Shown one piece after another: positions 15,713-24,645 of a DNA stretch of 32,219 bases (positions are counted from its first letter, which is position 1; each line of letters starts with the position of its first letter). The DNA comes from Minisyncoccia bacterium (lineage in GTDB: Bacteria > Patescibacteriota > Minisyncoccia > Phycocordibacterales > UBA1006): positions 1 to 32,219 of the forward strand of contig JBLHWN010000001.1 of NCBI GenBank assembly GCA_047629175.1. The letters run 5' to 3'. A program made the translations under genes and the position numbers. Below the pieces are notes generated by a model. That model was not told the origin of the DNA. It made no database searches and saw only the letters and a program-made list of their open reading frames with translations.

Positions 15713-18700
15713 ATGTCACAATCTAAGTTTGTACACCTACATAATCACTCACACTATTCTCTCCTCCAAGGGCTTACTAAAATTCCTGATATGGTTGCTC
15801 GTGCCAAAGAGCATAATATGTCGGCACTTGCCATTACTGATTATGGATCAATGTACGGGTGTATCGAGTTCTATAAGCAGTGTAAAAAAAATGATATCAA
15901 GCCAATTATTGGTTTGGATGCGTATATGGCGTTTCGAACTATGGAACAAAAAGATCATGGAATTGATAATAAACGTTATCCTTTCACCCTCCTTGCTTCT
16001 AGCTTGACTGGTTACAAAAACCTCATGAAGATCGTGACGCAGTCATATATCAAAGGGTTCTATTACCGTCCACGTATGGATAAGAAATTATTACGAGAAT
16101 ACTCTGAAGGTCTTATCTGTATGTCTGGTGGAGTTTTTGGTGAAGTCGGACAAGCCGTACTTACCAAGAATCTCACAAAGGCAGAAGAAATAATCAATGA
16201 ATACCAAGACGTATTTGGAAAAGAAAACTACTATCTTGAGATTATGTTCAATAATCACATTGACGGTCTTGAGACAATTAACAAAGATCTGAAAATGCTT
16301 TCGGAAAAAACGGGAGCACCTCTAGTTGCTACAAACAATAACCACTATCTCGATCCTGATGATCGAGAGGCTTTTGATACGCTTCTTGGAGTTTCAACAA
16401 GCGGTAATCGTGTTAATCCAGGATTTATGCGTGGAGATTTTCACTTTACTTCATCAAAGGAAATGGAAGAAAAATTTATTGATTACCCAGAGGCGCTCGA
16501 GAACTCTCTTAAAATTGCAGAACGGTGTAATGTTGAGATCGATATTGATTCTTGGTATTTCCCCGAGTTTCCTATTCCAGAAGGAACGAACTATGATGAC
16601 TATTTGAAAAAAATGACTTACGAAGGAATTCCAAAACGTGGAATGACAGAGAGTACTGAAGTTACTGAACGTATCGAATATGAATTAGATATTATTAAAT
16701 CAAAAGGATATTCATCGTACTTTTTGATTATGGCGGACCTTGTTCGAGCTGCAAAAGAAATGGGAATTTATACCAACACGCGAGGTTCTGCGGCTGGGTC
16801 ACTTGTCTCTTATTTAAACTTTGTTACAAAGGTTGACCCACTCGTCCTCAATCTTCCGTTTGAACGATTCATGAATCCAGGACGAAAAGGTATTCCTGAT
16901 GTTGACCTAGATATCGCTGATATTCGGCGGGATGATCTGATCAATTATGCGAGACAAAAATATGGAAAAAAAGCTGTGGCGCAAATTGGAACATTTGGAA
17001 CAATGGCTGCACGAGGTTCTGTGCGTGACGTTGCACGAGCACTCGACTATCCATATGAGATAGGTGATAAAATTTCAAAGATGATTCCTATAGGTTCACA
17101 AGGTTTCGCGATGACTATCGCTCGTGCGCTTGATGAAGAACCAGATCTCAAAAAATTATATAAATCTGATGCTGATGTAAAACGTATTATTGATCTCGCG
17201 CAAAAAATCGAAGGTTGCGCGCGGCATATTTCTGTACATGCTGCTGGAGTAGTTATTGCACCGTCTCGTGTTGACGATTTTTGTCCTGTTCAAATGGATC
17301 CAAAAGGTGGGAAAATTATTACCCAATATGATATGTATACAGGAGATCGAGATGGGGTTGTAAACATGCCAAAATTTGATCTCTTGGGAATTAGAAACTT
17401 ATCTATTCTGGCAGATGCAGTTGACCTCGTAAAAAGACTCCAAGACATAGATATAAACCTAGACGTTATTGATTTGGATGATTCAGGTGTCTATAAACTT
17501 CTCGCACAAGGAGCAACAATGGGTATTTTCCAGATGGCATCATCAGGTATGACAAAGTGGATTGTGGACTTGAAGCCTACTAATATTCATGAGATCAATG
17601 CGATGATTGCCTTGTATCGCCCAGGGCCCATGGAATTTATTCCTGAATATATTAAACGGAAACGTCGACCTCAGTTAGTAAAATATCTAGATCCACGAAT
17701 GGAATCGATCTTAAAACCAACGTATGGAATTTTGATTTACCAAGATGACGTGATGATGATTGCGGTAGAGCTCGCAGGGTTTACCTGGGGTGATGCAGAT
17801 AAATTACGTAAAGCCATTGGAAAGAAAATTCCAGAAATGATGGCAGAACAAAAGGAGAAATTGATTACTGGTTGTGTGGAACGTGGTATGGAGCAAGGTG
17901 TTGCAGACGAACTATGGGATCAAATTGAGACCTTTGCAGCGTATGGGTTTAACAAAGCTCATGCGGCAAGTTACGGACGTATCACCTACGAAACCGCTTA
18001 TATGAAGTCTAACTACCCTATTGAATTCATGACAGCCATGCTGACTGCTGAATCCGGTGATACTGATAAGATTGCCTTAGTTATTCATGAATGCAAAAAT
18101 ATGGAGATCGAAGTCCTTCCACCAGACATCAATGAATGTTTTGGAAAATTCACGGCAATTCCAGCAACAGGAGAGGTTACATCGGATGACTACAAACCTG
18201 CAGCCATCCGTTTTGGGTTCTACACTATTAAAAACTTTGGTGAAGCTATAGCTGATGCAATTATAGAGGAACGTAAACGCGCAGGCAGATTTACTTCTCT
18301 TGAAGATCTCTTAAACAGAGTTCGTCATAAAAACTTTAATAAAAAATCTCTTGAAGCCTTAATTATGGCTGGAGCATTAGATTCATTCGAAGAGCGTGGT
18401 CAATTATTATATAACTTAGAGGCACTTTTGGAATACAATAAAGGTCAAAAAAGTATGCATACTGACCAAGGTTCTCTCTTTGCTGACGATGCATCTCATA
18501 TCACGCTTAAACCATGCGACCCTATCTCTGATGAAGATAGACTCACTATGGAGAAAGAAATCCTTGGGGTCTATGTTTCAGGTCACCCCCTTGAACCATT
18601 CAAAGAACGGTTTGAAAAATCACAACATAATATCGGAATGATTCATTCAGGAGATATTCGAGGTGAACAAAAAATAGTCCTTGGTGGAATTATTGAATCA

Positions 18701-18916
18701 ATAAAAGAAATTACAACAAAGAAAGGTCAGAAGATGGCCTTCATACGAATTGCTGACCTGACCGGTAGTATAGAAGCAGTTGTCTTCCCAAAGACCTATG
18801 CATCAAACCTTGAAATCATTATTGAAGATGAGGTTATCGCCATGCAAGCAAAAGTTTCTGATCGTGATGGGGAGAAAACTATTATTATTGAAGGACTCAA
18901 GAAATTAGAAAAATAG
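15713..18916 (+). CDS. dnaE: DNA polymerase III alpha subunit
   Basis: 1067 aa. PHP domain FVHLHNHSHYSLLQG, polymerase core (GIPDVDLD, FNKAHAASY) and a C-terminal OB fold. Confidence 0.95.
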   Translation: MSQSKFVHLHNHSHYSLLQGLTKIPDMVARAKEHNMSALAITDYGSMYGCIEFYKQCKKNDIKPIIGLDAYMAFRTMEQKDHGIDNKRYPFTLLASSLTGYKNLMKIVTQSYIKGFYYRPRMDKKLLREYSEGLICMSGGVFGEVGQAVLTKNLTKAEEIINEYQDVFGKENYYLEIMFNNHIDGLETINKDLKMLSEKTGAPLVATNNNHYLDPDDREAFDTLLGVSTSGNRVNPGFMRGDFHFTSSKEMEEKFIDYPEALENSLKIAERCNVEIDIDSWYFPEFPIPEGTNYDDYLKKMTYEGIPKRGMTESTEVTERIEYELDIIKSKGYSSYFLIMADLVRAAKEMGIYTNTRGSAAGSLVSYLNFVTKVDPLVLNLPFERFMNPGRKGIPDVDLDIADIRRDDLINYARQKYGKKAVAQIGTFGTMAARGSVRDVARALDYPYEIGDKISKMIPIGSQGFAMTIARALDEEPDLKKLYKSDADVKRIIDLAQKIEGCARHISVHAAGVVIAPSRVDDFCPVQMDPKGGKIITQYDMYTGDRDGVVNMPKFDLLGIRNLSILADAVDLVKRLQDIDINLDVIDLDDSGVYKLLAQGATMGIFQMASSGMTKWIVDLKPTNIHEINAMIALYRPGPMEFIPEYIKRKRRPQLVKYLDPRMESILKPTYGILIYQDDVMMIAVELAGFTWGDADKLRKAIGKKIPEMMAEQKEKLITGCVERGMEQGVADELWDQIETFAAYGFNKAHAASYGRITYETAYMKSNYPIEFMTAMLTAESGDTDKIALVIHECKNMEIEVLPPDINECFGKFTAIPATGEVTSDDYKPAAIRFGFYTIKNFGEAIADAIIEERKRAGRFTSLEDLLNRVRHKNFNKKSLEALIMAGALDSFEERGQLLYNLEALLEYNKGQKSMHTDQGSLFADDASHITLKPCDPISDEDRLTMEKEILGVYVSGHPLEPFKERFEKSQHNIGMIHSGDIRGEQKIVLGGIIESIKEITTKKGQKMAFIRIADLTGSIEAVVFPKTYASNLEIIIEDEVIAMQAKVSDRDGEKTIIIEGLKKLEK

Positions 18917-19033
18917 TTAATCTCTGATTCATATATTTCTCTTATGAGGAGCTTTCTAAAAATATAGAAATTTATTTCATATTTTTATAGTACTAGCTGG
19001 AAAGATAAAAAATACCTAACATCACAAAAAAAC

Positions 19034-19252
19034 ATGACAAAAAAATCATTTATTTGATTGCCTGTAGTGGCAGCTATTGCCCTTCTTGTAGGACTGTATC
19101 TAGGAGCAGAGAATCATACAAAAGTAATGGACTGTACGTCATAAATTTCTGAATCTCATCCAGCAACACAAGCAATTATTCTTGGCGAAGCTGTGTTTAT
19201 TGAAAATGAAGTTGATGCTGGCGCAGCAATTATAGGAGAAGAACTAAAATAA
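19034..19252 (+). pseudogene. interrupted small membrane/secreted protein frame (in-frame TGA 19055-19057 and TAA 19142-19144)
   Basis: A single frame reads MTKKSFI*LPVVAAIALLVGLYLGAENHTKVMDCTS*ISESHPATQAIILGEAVFIENEVDAGAAIIGEELK* and ends exactly at a terminator. Confidence 0.3.
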
Positions 19253-19269
19253 CCCCGAGGGGTTATTTT
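19246..19269. terminator. bidirectional terminator
   Basis: aaaataaccc-cgag-gggttatttt. Confidence 0.7.
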
Positions 19270-19654
19270 AGTTTATCAATTCAATGATTTTAGGTAGGTA
19301 TATAAACAGTCCAGTAGTGATTGACACCATCACCATAAATAGCACGGCACCTGAGGATAGGTCCTTAATATCACGCACTCGCTCGTCATATGCTGGATGA
19401 ACTAGGTCCATTGTTTTCTCAATCGCTGTATTTACAAGTTCAGAGAATATCACTAGCCCAATGACCGCAGATTGAATTGCCCATTCGGTATATGAAATAT
19501 CAAATAGAAAGCCAAATAAAATAGCAAAAATACCAAAGGCTAATTGAATATATAGGTTATATTCATTTCGAAGTAATACTCGAAAGCCTCTGAATGAGTT
19601 TCTAAAACTTCTTATAATGCCATGGAAAGTAAATCCTGAATCATAGTTTTTCAT
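19268..19654 (-). CDS. dgkA: diacylglycerol / undecaprenol kinase (DgkA family)
   Basis: Three TM helices and the SELVNTAIE...D motif. Start at 19654 (MKNYD) is favoured by the -10 spacing; 19666 is also possible. Confidence 0.8.
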   Translation of the reverse strand: MKNYDSGFTFHGIIRSFRNSFRGFRVLLRNEYNLYIQLAFGIFAILFGFLFDISYTEWAIQSAVIGLVIFSELVNTAIEKTMDLVHPAYDERVRDIKDLSSGAVLFMVMVSITTGLFIYLPKIIELIN

Positions 19655-19661
19655 ATTTAAT

Positions 19662-19667
19662 ATCATA
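19662..19667 (-). promoter_or_regulatory. -10 TATGAT, 7 nt upstream of ATG 19654
   Basis: Minus strand reads TATGAT-attaaat-ATG. Confidence 0.35.
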
Positions 19668-19696
19668 CACTATTTTGCCAAATCCATATGAAAGGC

Positions 19697-19702
19697 TACA
19701 AT
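19697..19702 (+). promoter_or_regulatory. -10 TACAAT, 7 nt upstream of the thrS ATG
   Basis: ggcTACAAT-agtacct-ATG(19710). Confidence 0.5.
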
Positions 19703-19709
19703 AGTACCT

Positions 19710-21452
19710 ATGACTGATATTGAGAAAAAACGACATTCCCTTGCTCACCTGCTCGCTGCAGCAACATTAAAACTCTACCCTGATACCAAGGTAACCTTGG
19801 GGCCGGCTGTTGATAATGGATTCTATTACGATATGGATTTTGCAGAACCAATAAATGATGCGGATCTTAAAAAAATCCAAAAAACTATGAAAAAAATGGC
19901 AAATTCATGGACCACTTTTGAAGGTAAGAAAGTTTCGGCGGATGAAGCGCGTGACGTCTTTAAAGGAAACGAATATAAAATTGAACTCATTAATGAGATC
20001 GAAGCAAAAGGTGAAGAGATTACACTCTACACGTCAGGTGACTTCACCGACCTTTGCCGTGGAGGGCATGTCGAAAATTTCAAAGAAGAAATTAGTATGG
20101 ATGCATTTAAACTAGAGCGTCTTGCTGGTGCATATTGGCGAGGAGATGAAAATAACAAAATGCTTACGCGTATTTATGGATTAGCTTTTGATACCAAGGA
20201 AGAACTTGCTGCGTACATAACGCAACAAGAAGAAGCGAAAAAACGTGACCACCGAAAAATTGGTAAGGAGCTTGGTCTCTTCACCTTCTCAGAAAAGGTT
20301 GGACCAGGTCTTCCTCTCTTTACACCAAAAGGAACAAAGATGAGAAATCTCGTAATAGAGAAAATTACAAGCATCCAATCAGAATATGGATACGAACAAG
20401 TTTGTGTTCCACATATTACGAAATCTGATCTTTATAAAACATCAGGTCACTGGGATAAATACAAAGACGATCTTTTTTATGTAAAAGGTAAATCAGATGC
20501 TGAATTTGTCATGAAGCCAATGAACTGCCCTCACCATACCCAAATCTTCGATGCTGAACCTCGTTCGTATCGTGACCTTCCTCTTCGTTATGCAGAAACC
20601 ACTATGGTATACCGTGATGAACAAGCAGGAGAATTAATGGGGCTTTCCCGTGTTCGCTCAATTACACAGGATGACGGACATATCTTCTGTACACCAGATC
20701 AAATCAAAGTCGAAGTAAATAATATCGTTTCAATCATCAGAGAATTCTACACAGCTATGGAAATGTTTAATGATGGTGATTATTGGGTGTCATTATCAGT
20801 TCGTGACTCAAAAGACCTTGGTAAATATATCGGAGAAAACACGCTCTGGGACACAGCTGAATCAATCCTCGAAGAGATCGCACAAGAAAATAATCTCAAC
20901 TACAAACGAGTAGAAGGTGAAGCAGCATTTTATGGACCAAAACTTGATTTCCAATTTCGGGATGCTATTGGACGAGAATGGCAATTAGGAACAGCTCAAT
21001 TAGACTTCGTTCAACCTGCTCGGTTTGAACTTGAGTACACAGATAACGAAGGAAATCGTCAGACTCCTGTTATGATTCACCGTGCTATTGCAGGATCACT
21101 AGAGCGGTTTATGTCCCTCGCTATTGAACACTTTGCTGGTCACTTCCCTCTTTGGCTTGCTCCAACGCAGATTGCTATCATTCCAATCAACCTCGAGGCA
21201 CACAGTTCGTATGCACAGTCTGTATTTGAATCACTCAAAGCATCTGGCGCACGCGTTGAACTATGGAACGATGACCATGACGGATTTGGTAAGAAAGTCC
21301 GTAAAGCCAAAAACAACAAACTGCCTTATTGGATTGTTATAGGTGATGAAGAAGTCAATTCAAAAACAATAACAATAGAAACAAAGGACGGCGGTGAAAA
21401 AGGAAAAACATTGGATTCATTTATAGATTCAATTAAAGATTTATTAAAATAA
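19710..21452 (+). CDS. thrS: threonyl-tRNA synthetase lacking the N-terminal TGS domain
   Basis: 580 aa. Begins at the editing-domain HSLAHLL motif and retains CRGGHV. Class II core and anticodon-binding domain are present. Confidence 0.95.
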   Translation: MTDIEKKRHSLAHLLAAATLKLYPDTKVTLGPAVDNGFYYDMDFAEPINDADLKKIQKTMKKMANSWTTFEGKKVSADEARDVFKGNEYKIELINEIEAKGEEITLYTSGDFTDLCRGGHVENFKEEISMDAFKLERLAGAYWRGDENNKMLTRIYGLAFDTKEELAAYITQQEEAKKRDHRKIGKELGLFTFSEKVGPGLPLFTPKGTKMRNLVIEKITSIQSEYGYEQVCVPHITKSDLYKTSGHWDKYKDDLFYVKGKSDAEFVMKPMNCPHHTQIFDAEPRSYRDLPLRYAETTMVYRDEQAGELMGLSRVRSITQDDGHIFCTPDQIKVEVNNIVSIIREFYTAMEMFNDGDYWVSLSVRDSKDLGKYIGENTLWDTAESILEEIAQENNLNYKRVEGEAAFYGPKLDFQFRDAIGREWQLGTAQLDFVQPARFELEYTDNEGNRQTPVMIHRAIAGSLERFMSLAIEHFAGHFPLWLAPTQIAIIPINLEAHSSYAQSVFESLKASGARVELWNDDHDGFGKKVRKAKNNKLPYWIVIGDEEVNSKTITIETKDGGEKGKTLDSFIDSIKDLLK

Positions 21453-21476
21453 AAAACGCATATGCGTTTTTTATTT
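21451..21476. terminator. bidirectional terminator; copy 1 of an identical 26-nt repeat
   Basis: aaaaaacgcatatgcgttttttattt. Overlaps the thrS stop and the stop of the 424-aa gene. Confidence 0.8.
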
Positions 21477-22749
21477 AGAATTCTACTTTTTCCTTTATTT
21501 CTTTTATTTTTTCCATTAAAATATTTTCTTCTTCTATTAAATCCTTTTCCTCTTGTGAGAATGATTTGTCTTCTTCCATAATTTGAAAAAAATCACTAAT
21601 CTTATTTCCATTCTTAATTTCATTTAGATATGATGGAATTCCTTGTAGAGCTATTTTATTATAGAAAGAAGTAAGTTCCTCTGAAAGACCTTTTTCTACA
21701 TTAACTAATTTATTCCAACTATTATTTTCATCGAATTCTTTATTTTCTGTTTCTACTTTTTGGAATTCATTTTGAGCATTTTTAAGTCCTATTTTAAAGA
21801 AGGTATTTTTTATATTCTGGACCTTCTCTCTTAGTTGACTCTCTTTTATAGAGAACTCATTAGTAACCTCATTTATTTCATCAAATCCTTGAGATAAATT
21901 AATATGGCAATAATCACCAGCAAATCTTTCAACTATAATATCTTCAAAGTCAGGAATTTTATAGGTCAATAATTGACTCTTTTCTTTTTTATATTCAGAA
22001 ACTAATTCAGTATATTTATTTTTTAATAGTTCTTTTGTACCCATTATGGTTTCAATATTTTTCCCTTGCCATTTATTAAAAGATAACAATTCCCATTTTT
22101 CATTTTTTATAAAAGAATTTGATTCTATATCTTTTAATTTCTTATTGCTTTCCAAAAGCTCCTGAATTTCATCAAGTGATAATTTTCCTTGAATTTCATC
22201 AAATGTTTTACCAAAATATTCATTATCTCGTCCATCAGTATATTGAGTAACTTCTTTCCATAAAATTTCAACCTTTCCCATCTTCTCTTCATTAGCTTCC
22301 TCTTTTCCTCCTGTTGTTTTTGAATATAAACTATCAATTTTCTTATCATTTTCTCTAGATAACACCTCCTCAACGAGATGTGAATCTTCACTATCTTGTT
22401 TTTCAATTTCTAATTTATTTTTTTTTGAAATAAGACCGCTAAATACTTCTTCATAATTATCCTTAACATGTTTCAGTGTTTCTGGATCTTTTGAAGCCTC
22501 CTCAAGAGCAAGATGAATTTGCTCCTCTATTTCCTCCTTGGAACCTTCAATCTTTGATATTGCTCCTCTTAATTTTTCAATAGACACATCGAAATTATCC
22601 TTATCTTCAGTAACTGAAAGGTATTCATGGTCTACAACTTCTTGATCTATTTTTTCTTTTTCTAGTGACAAAGAGTTTTCTTCTTCCTTGTCTGCTAAAT
22701 TATCAGCATTCATCTTTTTAATTCTATCTAGTGGATTTTCAAATGACAT
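21475..22749 (-). CDS. hypothetical acidic, E/K-rich, probably coiled-coil protein (424 aa), no recognisable domain
   Basis: Long uninterrupted ORF with its own -10 box. Markedly AT-richer than its neighbours. Confidence 0.6.
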   Translation of the reverse strand: MSFENPLDRIKKMNADNLADKEEENSLSLEKEKIDQEVVDHEYLSVTEDKDNFDVSIEKLRGAISKIEGSKEEIEEQIHLALEEASKDPETLKHVKDNYEEVFSGLISKKNKLEIEKQDSEDSHLVEEVLSRENDKKIDSLYSKTTGGKEEANEEKMGKVEILWKEVTQYTDGRDNEYFGKTFDEIQGKLSLDEIQELLESNKKLKDIESNSFIKNEKWELLSFNKWQGKNIETIMGTKELLKNKYTELVSEYKKEKSQLLTYKIPDFEDIIVERFAGDYCHINLSQGFDEINEVTNEFSIKESQLREKVQNIKNTFFKIGLKNAQNEFQKVETENKEFDENNSWNKLVNVEKGLSEELTSFYNKIALQGIPSYLNEIKNGNKISDFFQIMEEDKSFSQEEKDLIEEENILMEKIKEIKEKVEF

Positions 22750-22756
22750 AATATAT

Positions 22757-22765
22757 ATAATAGCA
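22757..22765 (-). promoter_or_regulatory. extended -10 TGcTATTAT, 7 nt upstream of ATG 22749
   Basis: Minus strand reads atgcTATTAT-atatatt-ATG. Confidence 0.4.
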
Positions 22766-22843
22766 TGTGCATATTTATATTACATTATTTAATAGTAAAT
22801 AATTTCACTTTCAAAAAGAAATATACCTAGATGATAGGATTTA

Positions 22844-22869
22844 AAAAAACGCATATGCGTTTTTTATTT
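22844..22869. terminator. terminator; copy 2 of the identical 26-nt repeat
   Basis: aaaaaacgcatatgcgttttttattt, 7 nt downstream of the EEP gene stop. Confidence 0.8.
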
Positions 22870-22875
22870 CTTAAA

Positions 22876-23631
22876 TTATATCTCTAAGAACAATGGAGCA
22901 TGGTCTGAGACTTCTTCCGGTAAAACATAAAATTCTTTAACTTCCAACTCACGACTTACAAAAGTATAATCTGCAAAACGACTTTCTTTCTTGTAATATG
23001 AAGTTCGTGTATCAGTTATGTTGTATTCTTTGATAAGATTTTTTAATGGATAATCATCAATCATCTTAATACTTTTAGTATCAGGATTTAAATTAAAATC
23101 CCCGGTTAATATTATTTTTCTATTAATCTTTGTATCCATAAATTCAATTAGCTTTTTTGATTGATCAATACGATCAGAACTATCGTCTTTTCCCTTACCT
23201 TTTTCCCATAATCCATGAAGGTTAATTAATGTATATTCTTTTCTATCATCACTAAAGTCTACCCATTGAATAGTTCTTCGAAACCATGTATCGTAATCAA
23301 CATACTGTTGCTGAGCATCAGATATAATCAGTTCACCTGATGCTGTAATATTTCTATAAATTTCTTTCTTCACAAAAATAGCATTTCCCCACCAGCGACC
23401 AAGTGTTGGTGAAAAAAATCCATGATGGTTTACCAAAATATCTTGAACTGAACGAAATAAATACGGATCTCCAGCTGGAGGGTTTGAACCTGTAATATCT
23501 AAACCAAATTTAGTTCCATCTAAATCAACCTCTTGGAGGCAGAATATATCTACATACTTATATTGATAAAAAAAATCATATATACTACTCCCAGCTCTCC
23601 CACACCAAGTATTTAGGCTAATTACTTTCAT
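22876..23631 (-). CDS. endonuclease/exonuclease/phosphatase (EEP, DNase I-like) family protein
   Basis: MKVISLNTW...FCLQEV N-terminal motif, GDFN and C-terminal SDHAPL. Confidence 0.8.
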   Translation of the reverse strand: MKVISLNTWCGRAGSSIYDFFYQYKYVDIFCLQEVDLDGTKFGLDITGSNPPAGDPYLFRSVQDILVNHHGFFSPTLGRWWGNAIFVKKEIYRNITASGELIISDAQQQYVDYDTWFRRTIQWVDFSDDRKEYTLINLHGLWEKGKGKDDSSDRIDQSKKLIEFMDTKINRKIILTGDFNLNPDTKSIKMIDDYPLKNLIKEYNITDTRTSYYKKESRFADYTFVSRELEVKEFYVLPEEVSDHAPLFLEI

Positions 23632-23637
23632 AAACGT

Positions 23638-23646
23638 ATCTTATCA
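23638..23646 (-). promoter_or_regulatory. extended -10 TGaTAAGAT, 6 nt upstream of ATG 23631
   Basis: Minus strand reads gtgtgaTAAGAT-acgttt-ATG. Confidence 0.5.
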
Positions 23647-23678
23647 CACTAGAAAGGTTTATTATTTTTTATTTTGTG

Positions 23679-23684
23679 TATACT
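23679..23684 (+). promoter_or_regulatory. -10 TATACT, 9 nt upstream of ATG 23694
   Basis: gtgTATACT-atctacatt-ATG. Confidence 0.45.
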
Positions 23685-23693
23685 ATCTACATT

Positions 23694-23831
23694 ATGGGAA
23701 AACGAAAAAACAGTGTGGGAAACATGAAGCAAACACGATCTCACAAGACAACAAAACGATTAGCAGTAAAAAAGGAAATGCTCGCTGTTGCAGCAACGCG
23801 ACCAAATAGCCGTCACTACGCTGGTAAATAG
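23694..23831 (+). CDS. 45-aa highly basic small protein (not in the ORF track)
   Basis: MGKRKNSVGNMKQTRSHKTTKRLAVKKEMLAVAATRPNSRHYAGK. Sits precisely between a -10 box and a strong terminator. Confidence 0.45.
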   Translation: MGKRKNSVGNMKQTRSHKTTKRLAVKKEMLAVAATRPNSRHYAGK

Positions 23832-23838
23832 TACGTAT

Positions 23839-23868
23839 AAAAAGAACCTAATTTCTTAGGTTCTTTTT
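23839..23868. terminator. bidirectional terminator
   Basis: aaaaagaaccta-atttct-taggttcttttt, 12-bp stem. Confidence 0.8.
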
Positions 23869-23875
23869 ATATGCC

Positions 23876-24358
23876 TTATTGGTTAGAATATTTCCTAAAT
23901 ATCTGTAATGCCGTCATAGCTCCCTCGTTCCAAATTAGTTCTTTTGAATCTAACATACCTTGAAACTCATTTTGACTCAGCCATTTACGGTCAGTGATAA
24001 TATCTGTATCAGGATTTTCTGGAGGATGTTCCATTAGTTTTGGATTCTCAGCAACAAAACAATGAATACCTCTCATTCCAAAAATCTTTTCAGTTGAATG
24101 AAAGTGGTAGAGGTTTTCAGATTGCATTCCCATCTCTTCTGCTAGCTCTTCATGGGCATGAGTGAGGTTATCTTTGTCTTGTTTATCAATACCGCCACTA
24201 ATAAATTTCCAAAAGGATCGATCATAATGATGTATAAATTCTTCAATGACTAACATTTTGTTTTCCTGAGTGTCGTACGGAAAAATTAAAACGATATCTC
24301 GCAAAGGCTTTTTTTTGCAGAACCGTTTACATAATTTCTTTTTTAGTTTTTGTATCAT
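23876..24358 (-). CDS. Nudix-family hydrolase (divergent Nudix box)
   Basis: GGIDKQDKDNLTHAHEELAEEMGM resembles GX5EX7REUXEEXGU, with His in place of Arg and the first Glu not obvious. Confidence 0.6.
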   Translation of the reverse strand: MIQKLKKKLCKRFCKKKPLRDIVLIFPYDTQENKMLVIEEFIHHYDRSFWKFISGGIDKQDKDNLTHAHEELAEEMGMQSENLYHFHSTEKIFGMRGIHCFVAENPKLMEHPPENPDTDIITDRKWLSQNEFQGMLDSKELIWNEGAMTALQIFRKYSNQ

Positions 24359-24364
24359 AGATGA

Positions 24365-24373
24365 ATACTATCA
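24365..24373 (-). promoter_or_regulatory. extended -10 TGaTAGTAT, 6 nt upstream of ATG 24358
   Basis: Minus strand reads ctatgaTAGTAT-tcatct-ATG. Confidence 0.5.
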
Positions 24374-24427
24374 TAGTTCGACTTTAACGCGGTATACTAG
24401 GTATTATTAGGTAATACACACACCCTT

Positions 24428-24616
24428 ATGAACAACCACGATTTTAATATTATTAACCAACTCGTTCAAGAACAAAAATCACTTTGGCGTATCGAAAACC
24501 ACTATATCGACGAAGCACGCGATGAAGAAGAGAAAGCATTTTGGGAGCACATGCGTGATGAAAAAAGAAACCATATTGCGGCACTCAAGAAAATGGCTGA
24601 CAAATGTTTGGCATAA
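24428..24616 (+). CDS. hypothetical 62-aa helical protein
   Basis: ORF bracketed by TATACT (24393-24398) and a terminator. Charged helical sequence, no confident family. Confidence 0.5.
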   Translation: MNNHDFNIINQLVQEQKSLWRIENHYIDEARDEEEKAFWEHMRDEKRNHIAALKKMADKCLA

Positions 24617-24644
24617 AAAAATCCCTGCTTATGCAGGGTTTTTT
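24615..24644. terminator. bidirectional terminator
   Basis: aaaaaaatccctgc-ttat-gcagggtttttt. Confidence 0.8.
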
Positions 24645-24645
24645 A

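Noticed and set aside
19055-19057. Selenocysteine or programmed readthrough at the in-frame TGA.
   Set aside because: No SECIS-like hairpin is evident directly downstream, and the same frame also contains an in-frame TAA. Decay is the simpler explanation.
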